Assembly (NCBI RefSeq): GCF_028641065.1
Contig: NC_073390.1
Coordinates: 43,214,001 to 43,278,000 of the forward strand
Reading direction: 5' to 3'
Length of the DNA: 64,000 bases
Origin: Leucoraja erinacea
Taxonomy: Eukaryota
The translations under genes were made by a program, and so were the position numbers. The notes under the pieces were generated by a model. It was not told the origin of the DNA and searched no databases. It saw nothing but the letters and a program-made list of their open reading frames with translations. Below, one piece after another: positions 1 to 13,143 of this stretch; the stretch's first letter is position 1; every line of letters begins with the position of its first letter.

Positions 1-244
1 TCTGTGCTTATTTCTGATGTCATAATTTCCAATTCCAGTTGAAAACTACCACTTAAGAACTCAAGCTATGAATGAATATAGTGACTGTCAAAATTAGCAG
101 CTGAATTATCATGACGCATACTGCTTAAGCACATTCCTAGCACAAATTAAAATTCTTTTCTGGTGTAACATGAATTGGTGGGTCCCCTGTGGAGTATTGT
201 TTTAGATGTATTTTTAAGTCCTGGACTCCCGGAGTTACTCTTCT

Positions 245-860
245 TTCTATTGCTTACGTTCTTGTTCAGCGCCTCTACTTCCTGAGAAGGCTTAGAAAGT
301 TTGGCATGTCCCCTACAACGTTCACCAACTTCTACCACAGAGAGCATTTTATCGGGATGCGTCACAGCTTGATTTGGGAACAGATCCATCCAAGACAGCA
401 AGAAATTGCAGCAAATTGTTTGCAGCCCAGACCATCACTAAAACCAACCTCCCTTCAATTGACTCAATTTACACCTCACGCTAACCTCGGCAAAGCCAGC
501 AGCATTATCAAGGACGAGGCGTACCCTGGCCACTCCCTCTTCTCCCCACACCCATCAGGCAAAAGGTGTGAAAACACGCACCACCAGATTCAGGGATAGT
601 TTATTCCCAGCAATTAGCAGGTAACTGAATCATCCTATCACAACCAGGGGTCCACCTCTTTGATGACCCTCGGACTATCTTTGATCGGACGTTTCTGGAT
701 TTACCTTGCACTAAACGGTATTCCTTTATCATGTATCTGCATACTGTAAATGGCTCGGTTGTAATCATATATTGTCTTTCTGCTGACTGGTTAGCATGCA
801 ACAACGGCTTTTCGCTGAACCTCAGTACACGTAACAGTAAACTAAACTGAACTGAACTCA
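245..860 (+). mobile_element. Rex1/Babar-like LINE 3' fragment
   Basis: QRLYFLRRLRKFGMS...LTNFY-type peptide, GHSLFS.LPSGKR, and a (AACTG)n tail. Confidence 0.75.
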
Positions 861-1084
861 GTCCACATCATCCATCTGAACAAGACATTTGATTATCGTA
901 TGATTCTTAGATGGGCAGTATGTTATACGGTAATACCAACCAATTTAAATTTGTCCGAGTGCAAATGATGTCTTCTCTGACACAGAATATCTTGCAAACT
1001 TTTGCAACATTTTATCTGAAAGCTGGTGAGAATCCCTGAAAAAATACAATGGAGATGGTCTTTTCCCAGTTATGTGGCCCTGCC

Positions 1085-1725
1085 TTTATGGCAAACAACA
1101 CGCTCTTTACCAGAATGATGCAGGGAGAGATTGGACAGACTTGGATTGTTTTCTTTGGAACGACAAAGGTTGTTGGGAGACCTGATAGAAGTATCTAAAA
1201 TTATGAGAGGCATAAATAAGGTAGACAGTCAGAACCTTTTTTCCCAGGATAAAAAAAAAACAAATACTAGGAAACGTAGCTTTAAGGTGAGAGGGGCAAA
1301 GATTAAAGGAGATGTGAGGGGAGAGTTGAATTAAAGGAGATGTGTGAATCTTATTGAAACATAAGATTGTTAAGGGTTTGGACACGCTAGAAGCAGGAAA
1401 CATTTTCCCGATATTGGGGGAGTCCAGAACCAGGGGCCACAGTTTAAGAATAAGGGATAAGCCATTTAGAACGGAGATGAGGAAACACTTTTTCTCACAG
1501 AGAGTTGTGAGTCTGTGGCATTCTCAGAGGGCAGTGGAGGCCGGTTCTCTGGATGTTTTCAAGAGAGAGCTAGATAGGGCTCTTAAAGATAGCGGGGTCA
1601 GGGGATATGGGGAGAAGGCAGGAACGGGGTACTGATTGGGGATGATCAGCCATGATCACATTGAATGGCGGTGCTGGCTCGAAGAGCCAAATGGCCTACT
1701 CCTGCACCCATTGTCTATTGTCTAA
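1085..1725 (+). mobile_element. Two adjacent CR1 3' fragments
   Basis: RLGLFSLERQRLLGDLIEV and RTRGHSLRI...FFSQRVV peptides; ctattgt tail. Confidence 0.85.
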
Positions 1726-3039
1726 TGAGTTATTTACACAAAAAGTCGTGAGTGCCTGGAACATGTGGCCTGGGTGTGGTGGTCGAGGCAGATGCAATAG
1801 TGGCATTTAGGAGACATGGATATACTGGAAATGGAGGGATATGGATTATGAGCTGGCAGATAAGAGTTGGTCTTGGCATCATGTTCAGATTTTGTGAGCC
1901 AAAGGCCCTGTTTTTGTGCTGTACTGTTCTATGTTCAATGTTTGTATGAGGTGGTCCAGAGCTGCGGTAGCAATGTGGGTGGAAATGAAAATTGCACTGA
2001 GTTGCAGTAACATTGCATGACCCTGTCTTGCTTATGTTATCAAGGCCCTTTGCACCATCAGCAGTAACACCGACCACCCACACATCCGTCCATTCCAGAA
2101 GTGGAAAAGCTAAATATCCAACAGTTGATAAACTAACCACCTGCCAGAGGAACTGACTGGCTGTATATTCAGCGGTTGATGTTCAATTTCCTGCACGGTT
2201 TTCACCCTGTTACATTCACTATAAATCAAGCGGCAGGGAGGCCACAAACCGTGTCATTGATTTGATTCGGTCAACCTTCTTTACTTCTGCGTTTAATAAA
2301 ATGTCAATACGATGAAAGGTCCTCTTTTACTTTGTTTGAATTACTTGAATAACTAATCATATTTCATATTCAGTTGCTAACAAAACACAAACCAGATGTT
2401 CAGTCGATTTAATTTGTGCTGCCAGGTGCTCGAGATTGGAGGATTTAATATTTTTTCAAAAAAATCCCCAGGACTATCTGCATTAGGGAATTTGTGCTTA
2501 CAGTTTCAATATTTAGAGTTGATTTTGGCAGATAGTTTCAGATCCAACATCCGAGTCCATTTTCCCACTGAATGTTCTGTCTATAATCTCATAATGTGGA
2601 ACAGTTGGACAGCTGATGACAATCTTAGTACAAGAAGAACTTCTTCAGCAATATTACACTGCAAAATATAATAATGCCAGGGATATGTCCTGCTAGATGT
2701 TGACCTACAAAGTCATCAAATCTTCATGAATAAGTAGTTTTTATAACAAATTCAGTTTCTGTTTAACTTACGATGTGGAAACTTCACTAATCATTGCTTA
2801 TTGCATCTACCGCATCAAGCCACCGATGTTGCGACACATATCTATGAATACCACTCTATCTAAATGCAGAGAAAATATTAGTTCATTTTTGGAAACATAC
2901 GCGCATCCTCTTCACAGTTGAAGTGTACAAATATCCTAATCCACTGATTATTGACTACAACTGGCAAAACATGAATTGGCCTATCATGCAATGAAGGCAG
3001 GTGTCATGATAATCTGTACCATAAATGTAACTCTGATGC

Positions 3040-3245
3040 AAGAAGAAAAACGCTGGTGAAACTCAGAACGTCAGGCAGTATCTGTGGAGGGATGGATACA
3101 TGACTGATCAGTCTGAAGAGATGTCCCTTCCCAAATTGTCATCAGTCCACTCCTTCCACAGTTGCTGCCTGACCTACTGAGATCCTCAAGCACTTTGTTT
3201 TTCCCCCCCACAATATTCTAGTATCTACAGTTTCTAGCATCTACA
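3040..3245. mobile_element. Inverted pair of Penelope-derived terminal repeats (degenerate)
   Basis: Minus copy (gctgg...actcag...tcaggcagtatctg) abuts a plus copy starting cagtctgaaga. Confidence 0.65.
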
Positions 3246-3369
3246 TAACTCTGTCTGGTTTCAAACTTTCCGAGCCCGAATCTCCAAACGTCCCATTTTG
3301 TTATCTTTATTTCCTTCATCCAATCCTTCAGTGAACATGCAACATAGGATGAAGATAAAGCATTTTCCC

Positions 3370-3875
3370 CCCCAATCTGCATCTCCTGCCTGATGGTAGC
3401 AGCGAGAAGAGGGTATGGCCCAAATATTGGGAACCCTTGATGATAGGTGCCAACTCCTTGAGACAGTGCCCCATGCAGAAGCTTTCAATAGTGGCGAGGG
3501 TGTGCCCGCGATGAGTTATGCTGTGTCCACTACTCTCTGCAGACTCTCCCATTCCTGTGTGTTGTAACAGGCCACGATGTATCCAGTCAGGATACTTTCT
3601 ATAATGCATCTGTAGAGTTTCAGTGATGTGTCGAATCTCTTTAAACGTCTCAGAAAATAGAGGTGCAATTCACTTTCTCTGCGATTACATGGAGTCGTAG
3701 AGTCTTACAGCACGGAAATAGGCTCTTCGGCCCAACTTGCCCATGCTGACCAATGCTCCATCTACACTAGTCCCAGCTGCCCACATTTGGCCCATGTCCC
3801 TCTAAACCTTTCCTATCCATCTATATGCTGGGGCCAGGACAGGTCATTCTAGATGTTAACGCCAAGGGATAAAAC
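3370..3875 (-). mobile_element. Rex1/Babar-like fragment with a nested CR1 3' end (~3690-3825)
   Basis: GHTLFSLLPSGRR peptide; CR1 3' UTR inserted. Confidence 0.65.
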
Positions 3876-3991
3876 CCTGCGTTATCATATTAAATACTTT
3901 ATATTTGAACTTCTCGCCGTGCCCTTCAGTGGATTGCCCATTCATAGGTTACATGGAAAGCAGTGAACCGTCTTACCCTCATTGCTTGGAT

Positions 3992-4363
3992 CAGGGGTGG
4001 GGAACTTGCGGCCCTAAGGCCGTATGCGGCCTTCTAGGCCATTATGTGCAGCCCTTTGAATTAATCCAAATTTTGTAGAACAAATCCTTTTATTTTCATT
4101 AATATGTTTTTGTTCGTTTTTTAAATTTTTTATTTTAATCTTAAAATGAACATATTTAAAATACCAAAGAGTAAAAGAAGATTCAACAAAATGATCCTCC
4201 CTGACTGACGGCCACAATTAAAACATTAATAAGTCATGAGGGCTATATTAACAAAATAATGTACATTTTGAAGTATATCTAATTGAAGTTTCTTGGCTGC
4301 GGCCTTATTAGATTACAGCTAACTTAATGCGGCATTCCAACATGAAAAGGTTCCCCACCTCTG
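3992..4363. mobile_element. Non-autonomous hAT (Charlie-like) DNA transposon
   Basis: TIRs caggggtggggaac / gttccccacctctg. 8-bp flanks gcttggat / gcctggaa. Confidence 0.8.
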
Positions 4364-4819
4364 GCCTGGAAGCTTCACCAGAATCAGAATCTATTCTGTT
4401 CTTCTGCATTTTGTTATTTGAACATCACACCCAACAATTATCACATGGACATTGTTAGGCTGTGACCTAAATTTGGATTTCTAATCATTCCTCATTCTGA
4501 GATGATGGATTCCATACTGGTTGTCAGATAAATTGCTGAAGATAAATATCCAAAGATCTGCTTATATCTTTATCTTATGACAGAATCTTCAATTAAAATC
4601 ATACTCACTGTGATGTGTAAAGTTAGCTTGCATATCGTAATGAAAAAACATATTGACAGATAAAGTCGGTTCTGTCCCCTAATATTATCCTTATTCTCTG
4701 CAGCTGAGCTAGAAAACAGCACAATTAAAGAATGAACAGGCCATTGGAATGTTCTCTTAAAGATAACCTCTCTTCACCAGGGTTATAGCAGTTTTTACAG
4801 CATGACAACAAAGTCCCCT

Positions 4820-5530
4820 TCCACCGAGATACCTTCCTCTGGCTTCACATTTCACACCTCTTCGATGCTTATCTTCTTTTCAGCTTTCCACCAACCCTCA
4901 CCCCATCACCTGTATCCATCTATCACCCACAAGGCTTATTCCTGGACCCCATTTCTCTTCCAGCTTTTTCTTCCCCCCATCACAATCAGTCTGAAGAAAG
5001 GTCCCGACCCGAAACGTCACCTATTCATGTTCTCCAGAGATGCTGCCAGACACATTGAATTACTCCAGCACTTTGTGTCTTTTTTTATACAAACTAGCAA
5101 ATAGGTGCCAGGGTTATATCTACTCATTGATAGCAACTGAATGATTCTGATAATGGGGTTTGCTACTTTAGTTTTCATAAAAAATGTCAATTTCCTAGTA
5201 TCCTAATTTCCTCCCTCTAGTTTCACAATTCTCAACTCGCAACCTGTCTCATACCTTCGGCTTTTATCTCTGGCCTTTGTTCCAACCATCTGCCTATCAA
5301 CCCCGCCCCCACCCCCCTCGCCTGTATCCACTTATTACCAGCCACCCTTTGTCCTACCCCTCCCCTCTTCTCCCCTCAACCCCCCCCCCCCCCACAATCA
5401 GTCTGAAGAAGGGTCTTTGACCAAAAACATCATCTATGTTCTCCAAAAATGCTGCCTGACCTGCTGAGTTACTCTAGCACTTTGTGTCTTATTGTCTATT
5501 AACCAATGTCAGCAGTTCCTTGTTTCTACA
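4820..5530 (+). mobile_element. Two tandem long Penelope-derived terminal repeats with hammerhead cores at 4991-5018 and ~5403-5431
   Basis: Shared C-rich leader then cacaatcagtctgaagaa...ctccag...tgctgcc...tactc.agcactttgtgtc, twice. Confidence 0.75.
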
Positions 5531-6234
5531 TTCTTCCTCAATTTCCTTTGTCTCCTCCACTCCCTTACACCTCTTTGATTTTTTTTTCTCAAATGATCTG
5601 GAATGCTGACATTGAACCACTTGCTATCACCGGCATCCTTGCATGAAAAGTATCAGGGGTTTGGCAAACCTAAAATAGAAATGATAATGTTGAAAGCTGC
5701 TGGAGACATCCAGGACATGAATTAGAACGATGGACAGAATAAAACCGCAAGTAAAGAGATAAAGGAACTGTGGTTGCATCGATACAGCAGGGAAAAAGAT
5801 CAAATAACCTGAATAAAGACAGGCAGTGGGGGGAGAGATAAAAGGGGAAGCATTATAAGTCACAACCAAAGTACGATTCAAAATGCAGGGATAGAGCTGC
5901 AGTAGAAAAAGAAATCAATTTCATATTTTATTCTTCTCTTTAAGATATCCTTAAAGGTTACTTTAAAATACTCTAACATTCAATGTGCTGAAATCTTGTA
6001 TTCTCTTTTAACAGAACGACATACATATGGATGTTTCTATTGCAAGCAGTTACAGTAAGATATTGATATACCCAGTCGTTTTATATACTGGAAGGAAGGC
6101 AGTGATTCAGTAGCATTTTAAACCTGGTTCGAGGAGGCAGCCTAAGGATATTATGGAGTAACTGCAGAGAGCTTTGGAAAGCCAGTAAATAGCCAGTGGT
6201 CATGGCCCGTGCCAACACCAGTGTCCTATCCATG

Positions 6235-6392
6235 TACCAGGACTGGTACATGGATAGGACAGGTTTGGAGAGATGTGGGCCGAACACAGGCAGGTGGGAC
6301 TAGTGTAGCTGGGACATGTTGGCCGGTGTGGACAAGTTGGGCCGAAGGGCCTGTTTCCACGCTGTAATACTCTATGACTCTATGACTCTATG
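6235..6392 (+). mobile_element. CR1 3' end with (CTATGACT)n tail and a short 5' inversion
   Basis: ggtacatggatagg...gggccgaagggcctgtttcc...ctatgactctatgac. Its first bases are inverted at ~6223-6240. Confidence 0.8.
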
Positions 6393-6949
6393 ACCAGTGA
6401 CAGGTGGAAAAAGGGTTCAAATTCTGCGGGCAGATTGAAAGGAGTTAGGAAAGAGAGTAAGGAGCAGAACCTCAAAGGTGGTCATTCCCAGATTAGTCCC
6501 TGGGCCATGCACCAATGAAGGCGGGAATTGGAGGAAATACAGGTAATTGCATGGCTTAAGACATGACGTGGGAGGGGGAATGTTAGCTTGCTGGGGCACT
6601 GTGTTCACTTATGGGAAAGGAAGCTAAAGCCAATGTTCCTGAGGAGAGGTTTGCCATTGTGGTGCAGGGAGAGGAGGTTTAAACCAACTGTGCACAAGAG
6701 TTGTATCAGAAAGAAGCAAAACGTTAGGACATGGAATAGGAGAAAGAAATGCCATCAGAACACGAAATAGCATGTTGTGTTTAACAAGAGAGAGTACACT
6801 AAGGTTTGAAATAAAAACAGAAAATGTTAGTATGTAATTTAGCCATTGTAAATTGCCCCTAGTGAGTGGGGAGTGGATGAGAAAGTGGCACCACAATGAC
6901 CTAGTGGTCAATGGGTGATCCTTGGCATTGTGGTGTGGGAATGGGTGAT

Positions 6950-7540
6950 ACCTGGAGTATTGTGTGCAATTTTGGTCCCCTAATTTGAGGAAGGACATTC
7001 TTGCTATTGAGGGAGTGCAACATAGGTTTACAAGGTTAATTCCCAGGTTGGCAGGACTGTCATATGCTTAGAGAATGGAGCGGCTTGGCTTGTATACTCT
7101 GGAGTTTAGAGGGATGAGAGGGTATCTTATTGAAATATAAGATTATTAAGGGATTGGACATGCTAGAGGCAGGAAACATGTTGGGGGGGGGGGGTCCAGA
7201 ACTAGGGGTCACAGTTTAATTTTAAGAATAAGCCATTTAGAACGGAGATGAGAAAACACTTTTTCTCACAGAGAGTTGTGAGTCTGTGGAATTCTCTGCC
7301 TCAGAAGGCGGTGGAGGCCGGTTCTTTGGATACTTTCAAGAGAGAGCTAGATAGGGCTCTTAATGATAGTGGAGTCAAGGGACATGGGGAGAAGGTAGGA
7401 ACGGGGTACTGATTGGAGATGATCAGCAATGATCACATTGAATGGCCTACTCCTGCACCTATTGTCTTTTGTCTATTGACTATTGACTATTGGCATAAAC
7501 TCAGTGGGCCGAAGGGCCTGTTTCCATGCTGTATGACTCC
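6950..7540 (+). mobile_element. CR1 3' fragment nested in a SINE remnant
   Basis: ctggagtattgtgtgcaattttggtcccc through the ctattg tail. Confidence 0.85.
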
Positions 7541-7749
7541 AACATGCTGAAAACACCCAGTAGCTCGAGCAGTATCTGAGGGAAGAGAAAATTACTTCAC
7601 GTTTCGGGTCAGAGATACTTTATACTTTATGGATTGTCAAAACAATAGATTTTCCAAAAGCATGTGAACAGCAAAAGTCATAAGAGACTAAAACCAAAAA
7701 TCTGCTCATCGAGTGAGAGGGCATGGCTGAGGGACCAAAGGAATCTTTT

Positions 7750-7888
7750 ATGTTGTAGAAATAAGGAACTGCAGATGCTGGTTAAAACACAAAAGGACAC
7801 AAAGTGCTGGAGTAACTCAGCGGGTCAGGCAACATCTCTGGAGAACATGGACAGGCAACGCCTTGGGTCAGGATCCATCTTCAGACTA
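7750..7888 (-). mobile_element. Penelope-derived terminal repeat (degenerate hammerhead)
   Basis: Reverse complement of the family consensus, ending cttcagact. Confidence 0.7.
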
Positions 7889-8009
7889 ATTCAAATTTTA
7901 TGTGCATATGTGGGAATGTATGCATCTTTTGTTGAGACAAGGAAAGTGGTAAAATGAACAGGTGGAATCTTGATGAGTTTATAAGTAGAGACAGGGAACT
8001 CAAACAATA

Positions 8010-8490
8010 AGCACCGGTGAACCTCTACAATGCAATTATTTGACCACAAATGGAGGTACAGAATGTGTTCAGTTGGAAAGTCCTAATTTATAAAGGCTTT
8101 AGAGAGGGTACTAAGATTTACTAAAAATTATTCCAGTATTTAGTTATGGTGATAGAATGGCAAAGATGAATTTGCTCTCCTTGGCACAGCGAAGGTTACA
8201 AGTGGATCTAATACAGATATTTAAAATCATGAAGATGCAAACAGTGAAAGTTTTCCATTTGACACAAATAAAGGAATAAAGGATAAAGGAAAAAAAAACG
8301 ATTATATTCAGTTACTAATCAAGATCTGATATGCCCGCCCAGGTGTAGGAATGGTGCAGTTCAACTGTGGCACTCAAAAGGCAGCTGGATATGCATCAGA
8401 AATGAATGGATTTGCAGGGTTTTGGAGAGAGGGTGAGGGAATGGGACGAGCCAAAATCAGCATTGACTAGATGGGCTGAATGGCCGCTCT
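8010..8490 (+). mobile_element. Old degenerate CR1 3' fragment
   Basis: Recognisable CR1 RT C-terminus and a gatgggctgaatggcc end. Confidence 0.6.
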
Positions 8491-9394
8491 AAATATTTCT
8501 CATGAAACGTTTTCACTCGTCATATGTGACTTCAAATTCAGAATCTTCTCCTCCACCCAACTTCGCCTTAAATCTTATTTTCGTTTATTAGCTTCAGTTC
8601 AAACTGCTAATGTTTGTTTCATCAAAATAATTATCAAATAAGTATTTAAGTAGGCTTTGGTGTATCAGATACTGATGTATCCATTTTGCAAACTTTCCAG
8701 TTTCAATGAGCCAGAATCTGCTTTCATCGACAGAATATTAATGTTACCTAATAACTCGCGCAATGAAGTGTATTCGAGGGTCATTGTGTTGGGTTAAGTA
8801 AGTCTCTGGCAGACTTGGAGTTCTGAGAATAGCTGATGCATCAATGTCAATGAATAGAATACATCTGAGATTTAAATATGATCCAGTTACTAGAATACTG
8901 AAAACGAGACCTTTCATGCTTGACTTTTCACCCAGTACTTTGACAAAAGCCTCATTACTGCTAAAACAGGAATTCTCGATGAAGAAAAGAAAAGGTAAAG
9001 CACTCAGCAGGTCAGGTGAGGCATTCTATTGAAGGGTGATTCTTAAATTGTTAACGTGTTATCCTTGCTTTATAAAAATTCTCTGGAAATACAAAATATT
9101 TTTAGGACTTTCCGTTTTGTACCTGTTGGTAGCATTAAGTGACTCACCACACACGTCATATTATTTTGGATGTTAAGGGCCAATTAATGTCTTGGCAGTA
9201 GACTATCAAGAGTGTTTTATCAAACAGCCGATGTCTGAACTCCAGGCTTAGAAATACCTTCTTTATTCACAGGTTCTGATAATATTGTCCCACTACTTTT
9301 AACTTCCCATTGTGTAAAACCTAAACATTTTGTCTCTGGCAAAATCTCCAAGAGGTTTATTTAGGAAGTAGCATGAAGATTTTAGATTTGGTAT

Positions 9395-9630
9395 TTTAGT
9401 TTTAGAGATACGGCATGGAAACAGGCCCTTCAGCCCACCGAATCTGCACCGACCAGCGACCCCCGTACACTAGCACTATCCTACAAAGTAGGAACAATTT
9501 ACAATTTTTACCAAAGCCAATTAACCTACAAACCTGTTTGTCTTTGGAGTGTGAGAGAAAATCGGAGCATTCGGAGATAACTCACGCATTCAATAGGAGA
9601 ACGTGCAAACTCCGTACAGTCAGCATCCGA
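9395..9630 (-). mobile_element. HE1-like V-SINE (5' truncated)
   Basis: V-domain core and CR1-derived 3' end (gaagggcctgtttcc...tatctctaaa). Confidence 0.75.
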
Positions 9631-10529
9631 ATATCATATTCGGTTATAGCAGACAATCGGCAACATCGGACACCATCCCTTCCTCTCTCTCTCCCCCCCC
9701 CCCCCCCCCTCATAGTCCATTATGACACGGGTTTATTGGTTATAAAACAAACTCCCAGTGGGTGGATCCTCTAATCAGCAGATGGCCGTGCTGATAAATG
9801 TATATAAAATTATGAGAGGCATAGATAGGGTAGACAGTCAGAATGTTTTTTCCCCGGAGTAGAAATGTCAAAGATTAAAGAATATATCTTTAAGATGAGG
9901 GGGCAAAGCTTAAAGGTGATGTACAGGACACGGTATTTATATGGAGAGAGGTGGGTGTATGCAATTCAAAGCATAACAACTACATGTAAATGGAATACCA
10001 ATTAATTTGAGAAACAGTGAGAATTCTATTGTTTTCAAGACAAATAACTTTTGATGCTCCATCTTCTATTCTACTTCATGTGAAATATTGAAAAGTTAAA
10101 TGAGTTTCTAAATTCCCAAACATTATGGAATGCACTGTAATTGTATGTGGATAAATAGGTTTATAATAGAGAGAATGGAGATGAAGCAGATTTTGTAAGA
10201 ATAGGTGCATTAAAAGCTGTGATCAAAAGGATATTAACATTTTATTATTCATCAGATTAAACATTGCAGCCATCCCGAAGAATCTAATTCAAGATCATTC
10301 AAAGATAATATATGTTGAGGGACAGAACTCACAACCCAGTCCTTTACCTGATTTGTTGAAACACGTGCAGAGAATTCCAAAATTTCCTTCTGGCCATCAT
10401 CAATATTCTGCACTGTCCACGGATACATTAGGAATTTCCACATAATGTTCGCCAAGATCGATTCTATATTTAAAAAATCAGGTGAAAGTGACTACAGCTA
10501 AAGTTCACCAAAAAATCCAATTAAATGCA

Positions 10530-10800
10530 GAGGTGGCGCAATTGTGTAGCGAGCAGACCCTGGTTCAAACCTGACCCCCCGTGCTATGTGTGTGGAGTTT
10601 TCACAATATTGAATGACTGTGTGGGCTCATCAGGGTGCTCTGGTTTACTTCCACACCCCAAAATTGGTAGGTTACTTGGCCTCTGTAACTTGCCTCTACC
10701 TTGTTCGTGAATGTGGCAAGATTAAAATGGAATTAGCAGAAATGGGTGTTCGATGGTTATCGAGAACCGAAGGGTCTGGTTCAGTTCTGTATGACTCTAT
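10530..10800 (+). mobile_element. HE1-like V-SINE (degenerate)
   Basis: ggtggcgca...ggttcaaacc head and gtgtggagttt core. Confidence 0.65.
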
Positions 10801-11169
10801 CATCTAGTTATTCTTTATTTTTGCTTTTGGTCATCTTAATGGCACCATTTAGTTTATGCATTATTCCTGAGACCTTGCAGTTCTCTAACTCTACAATCTG
10901 AAAATCTGATTTTTATTGATATTTTGCTGGAAGATTTTATTTCTTCATTGGTTCAATTGTAACAAGGAAACGGTTTTGGGTGGAAGTTTGATCACCATCC
11001 TCAAAAAATACAGCATTCTGACTATCTGAATGCTGGCATTGACATTGAATTTATTGCCTTTGCTTTTGCAATATCTTGCAGTTAATGATGCTGTGTTGTT
11101 GCATCTGTATACTCCTGATGCTAAATGATGAACAGTTGTCACACATATCGTTGGTGGACTACCACTTTA

Positions 11170-12050
11170 CATTTGTGGGAGAGTCTAGGACCAGAGGCTA
11201 TAGTCTCAAAATAAAAGGACATACCATTAGAAAGGAGATGAGGAATTTTGTTAGTCAGATGGTGGTGAATCTGTGGAATTCATTGCCACAGACGGCTGTG
11301 GAGGCCAATGCAGTGGGTATTTTTAGGGCGCAGTGAGGGTGTCAGGGATTATGGGGAGATGGCAGGAGAATGGGGTTGTGAGGGAAAGATAGATCAGCCA
11401 TGATTGAATGGTGTGGTGGACTTGAAGGGCCGAATGGCCTAATTCTGCTCCTGTCGCTTGTGAAGTTGTAAACATATCACAGACACGAGGGGAACAGATA
11501 GGGTGAATGGACAGTCTTTTTCACAGGGTAGGGGAATCAAGAACTATTGAGCATAGGATTTAGGTGAAAGAGTAAAGATTGGAACCTGAGGGGCAACGTT
11601 TTCACAAATAGAGGGGTCGGTATATGGAACGAGCTGACAGAGAATATAGTTGAGGCAGGTACTATATATGGACACGTACATGCATGGGACAGGTTTAGAG
11701 TGCTGTGGACAAAAAAGGGGCAAATGTGACCCACTTAGATGGGGTATCTTGGTCAGCATGGATGAGTCGGGCTAAAGGGCCTTTTTCCATGCTGTATGAC
11801 TCTACGAGTGAGTGAGCTTGATGGATGGAGCTACCTGGTTGAACAGACGAGGGACATTCTGTTGCTTAGGCAAGATGCCGTAGGTGATAGTTGAGCCAGG
11901 TATGAAACAGAGTTTAGCAGTCACTTGGACAGGTACATAGGTAGGAAAGATTTAGAGGGATATGTGCCAAATTCAGGCAAACGGGACCAGCTTAGATGGG
12001 ACATTTTGGGCAGAATGGCATGTTACTCTGCTGTATGATTCTATGACTGT
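11170..12050 (+). mobile_element. Cluster of three CR1 3' fragments
   Basis: GESRTRGYSLKI peptide and repeated CR1 3' UTR ends. Confidence 0.75.
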
Positions 12051-12359
12051 GTGTTTATCTTGAGTGGGAAATATCTTCAATCATGATCCCAGTGTTGTCA
12101 CCAAGTGCAGCTCAGCTGAGGCTCAGAAAGACACCAAGGCAATAGGACCTCTGTTGGCCTGTTCTGCAGGAGGTATGACCTGGCTCAAGTAAGGGAGGTC
12201 ATCAGTCAAATGAATGCCAGACAAGATCCATGCTGTTCGTTTTCAATATTACTTACTCGGGTTAATTTAGCATTGCAGTGTTTAAAATGTAATTACCAAT
12301 TTGCAATATTTAAACTATTATTGTTTAACAGGAGCTAAGTGTTATTCACTGAAACTTTG

Positions 12360-12550
12360 AAAGGAAGAAGATGGAAAGGGGTGAGGATGTGAAAATGTGA
12401 CTGGTGGCAGGATCTCATTGAAGATGGCAGAGATGACGGAGAATGATGTGTTGGATGCGGAGGCTGGTGGGTTGGGACCAGGGTGACTCTATCCTTGTTC
12501 TGTCTGGGGGAGAGGGGAAGCAAGAGCAGAACTACAGGACATAGAGGAGA
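12360..12550 (-). mobile_element. Degenerate Penelope-like coding fragment
   Basis: Frameshifted reading resembling the PLE RT-EN linker (PRQNKDRVTLV...IQHIILRHL.HLQ.DPATSHIF). Confidence 0.6.
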
Positions 12551-12859
12551 CATGTGTGAGTGATCCAACTCCTCAATTCACTCATCCCTTCTCACCCAAA
12601 ACACTCCCTCCCCAGGTGAGTGCAGAGGCTGGGCCTAGTTTGCTGCAGAATCAAACAGGTGCCCGGTGCCTGGAGTCTGCATCTCCAGCTGGGCCCATGC
12701 TGGGACAGACATTGTAGGCCAGATATCCGTTAGTCCACCAATGAATATCTACAAGCTTACTCCCGAGAAGATAGGCACAAAAAACTCAGTGGGTCAAACA
12801 GCATCTCTGGAGAAAAGGCATAGCTGACATCTGCAGATCTTTGACAGAGGATTGGAAGC

Positions 12860-13143
12860 GTTCAGTGTTAATGCTGCTATTTCATAGCCCCAGAGACCCA
12901 GGTTTGATCATGATCTTGGATGCTGTCTGTGTGGAGTTTGCATGTTCTGCCTGTAATCAAGTGGGTTTCCTCCGGGTGCTCCGGTTTCCTCCACATCCCA
13001 AAGACGTCCAGGTTTGTAGGCTGTTAGGCCACTGTAAACTGCCCCTAGTGTGTAGAGAGTGGAATAACATAGAACTAGTGTGAACAAGTGATCGATGGTC
13101 GACTCTATAGGCCGAAGGGCCTGTTTCCATGCTGCATCTCTAA
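12860..13143 (+). mobile_element. HE1-like V-SINE
   Basis: tctgtgtggagtttgcatgttct...gggtttcctccgggtgctccggtttcctcc core. Confidence 0.8.

Noticed and set aside
2150-3030. Possible conserved non-coding enhancer (also ~56500-56700 and ~59880-60130)
   Set aside because: Only an impression of unique sequence with retained CpGs; cannot be supported without alignments.
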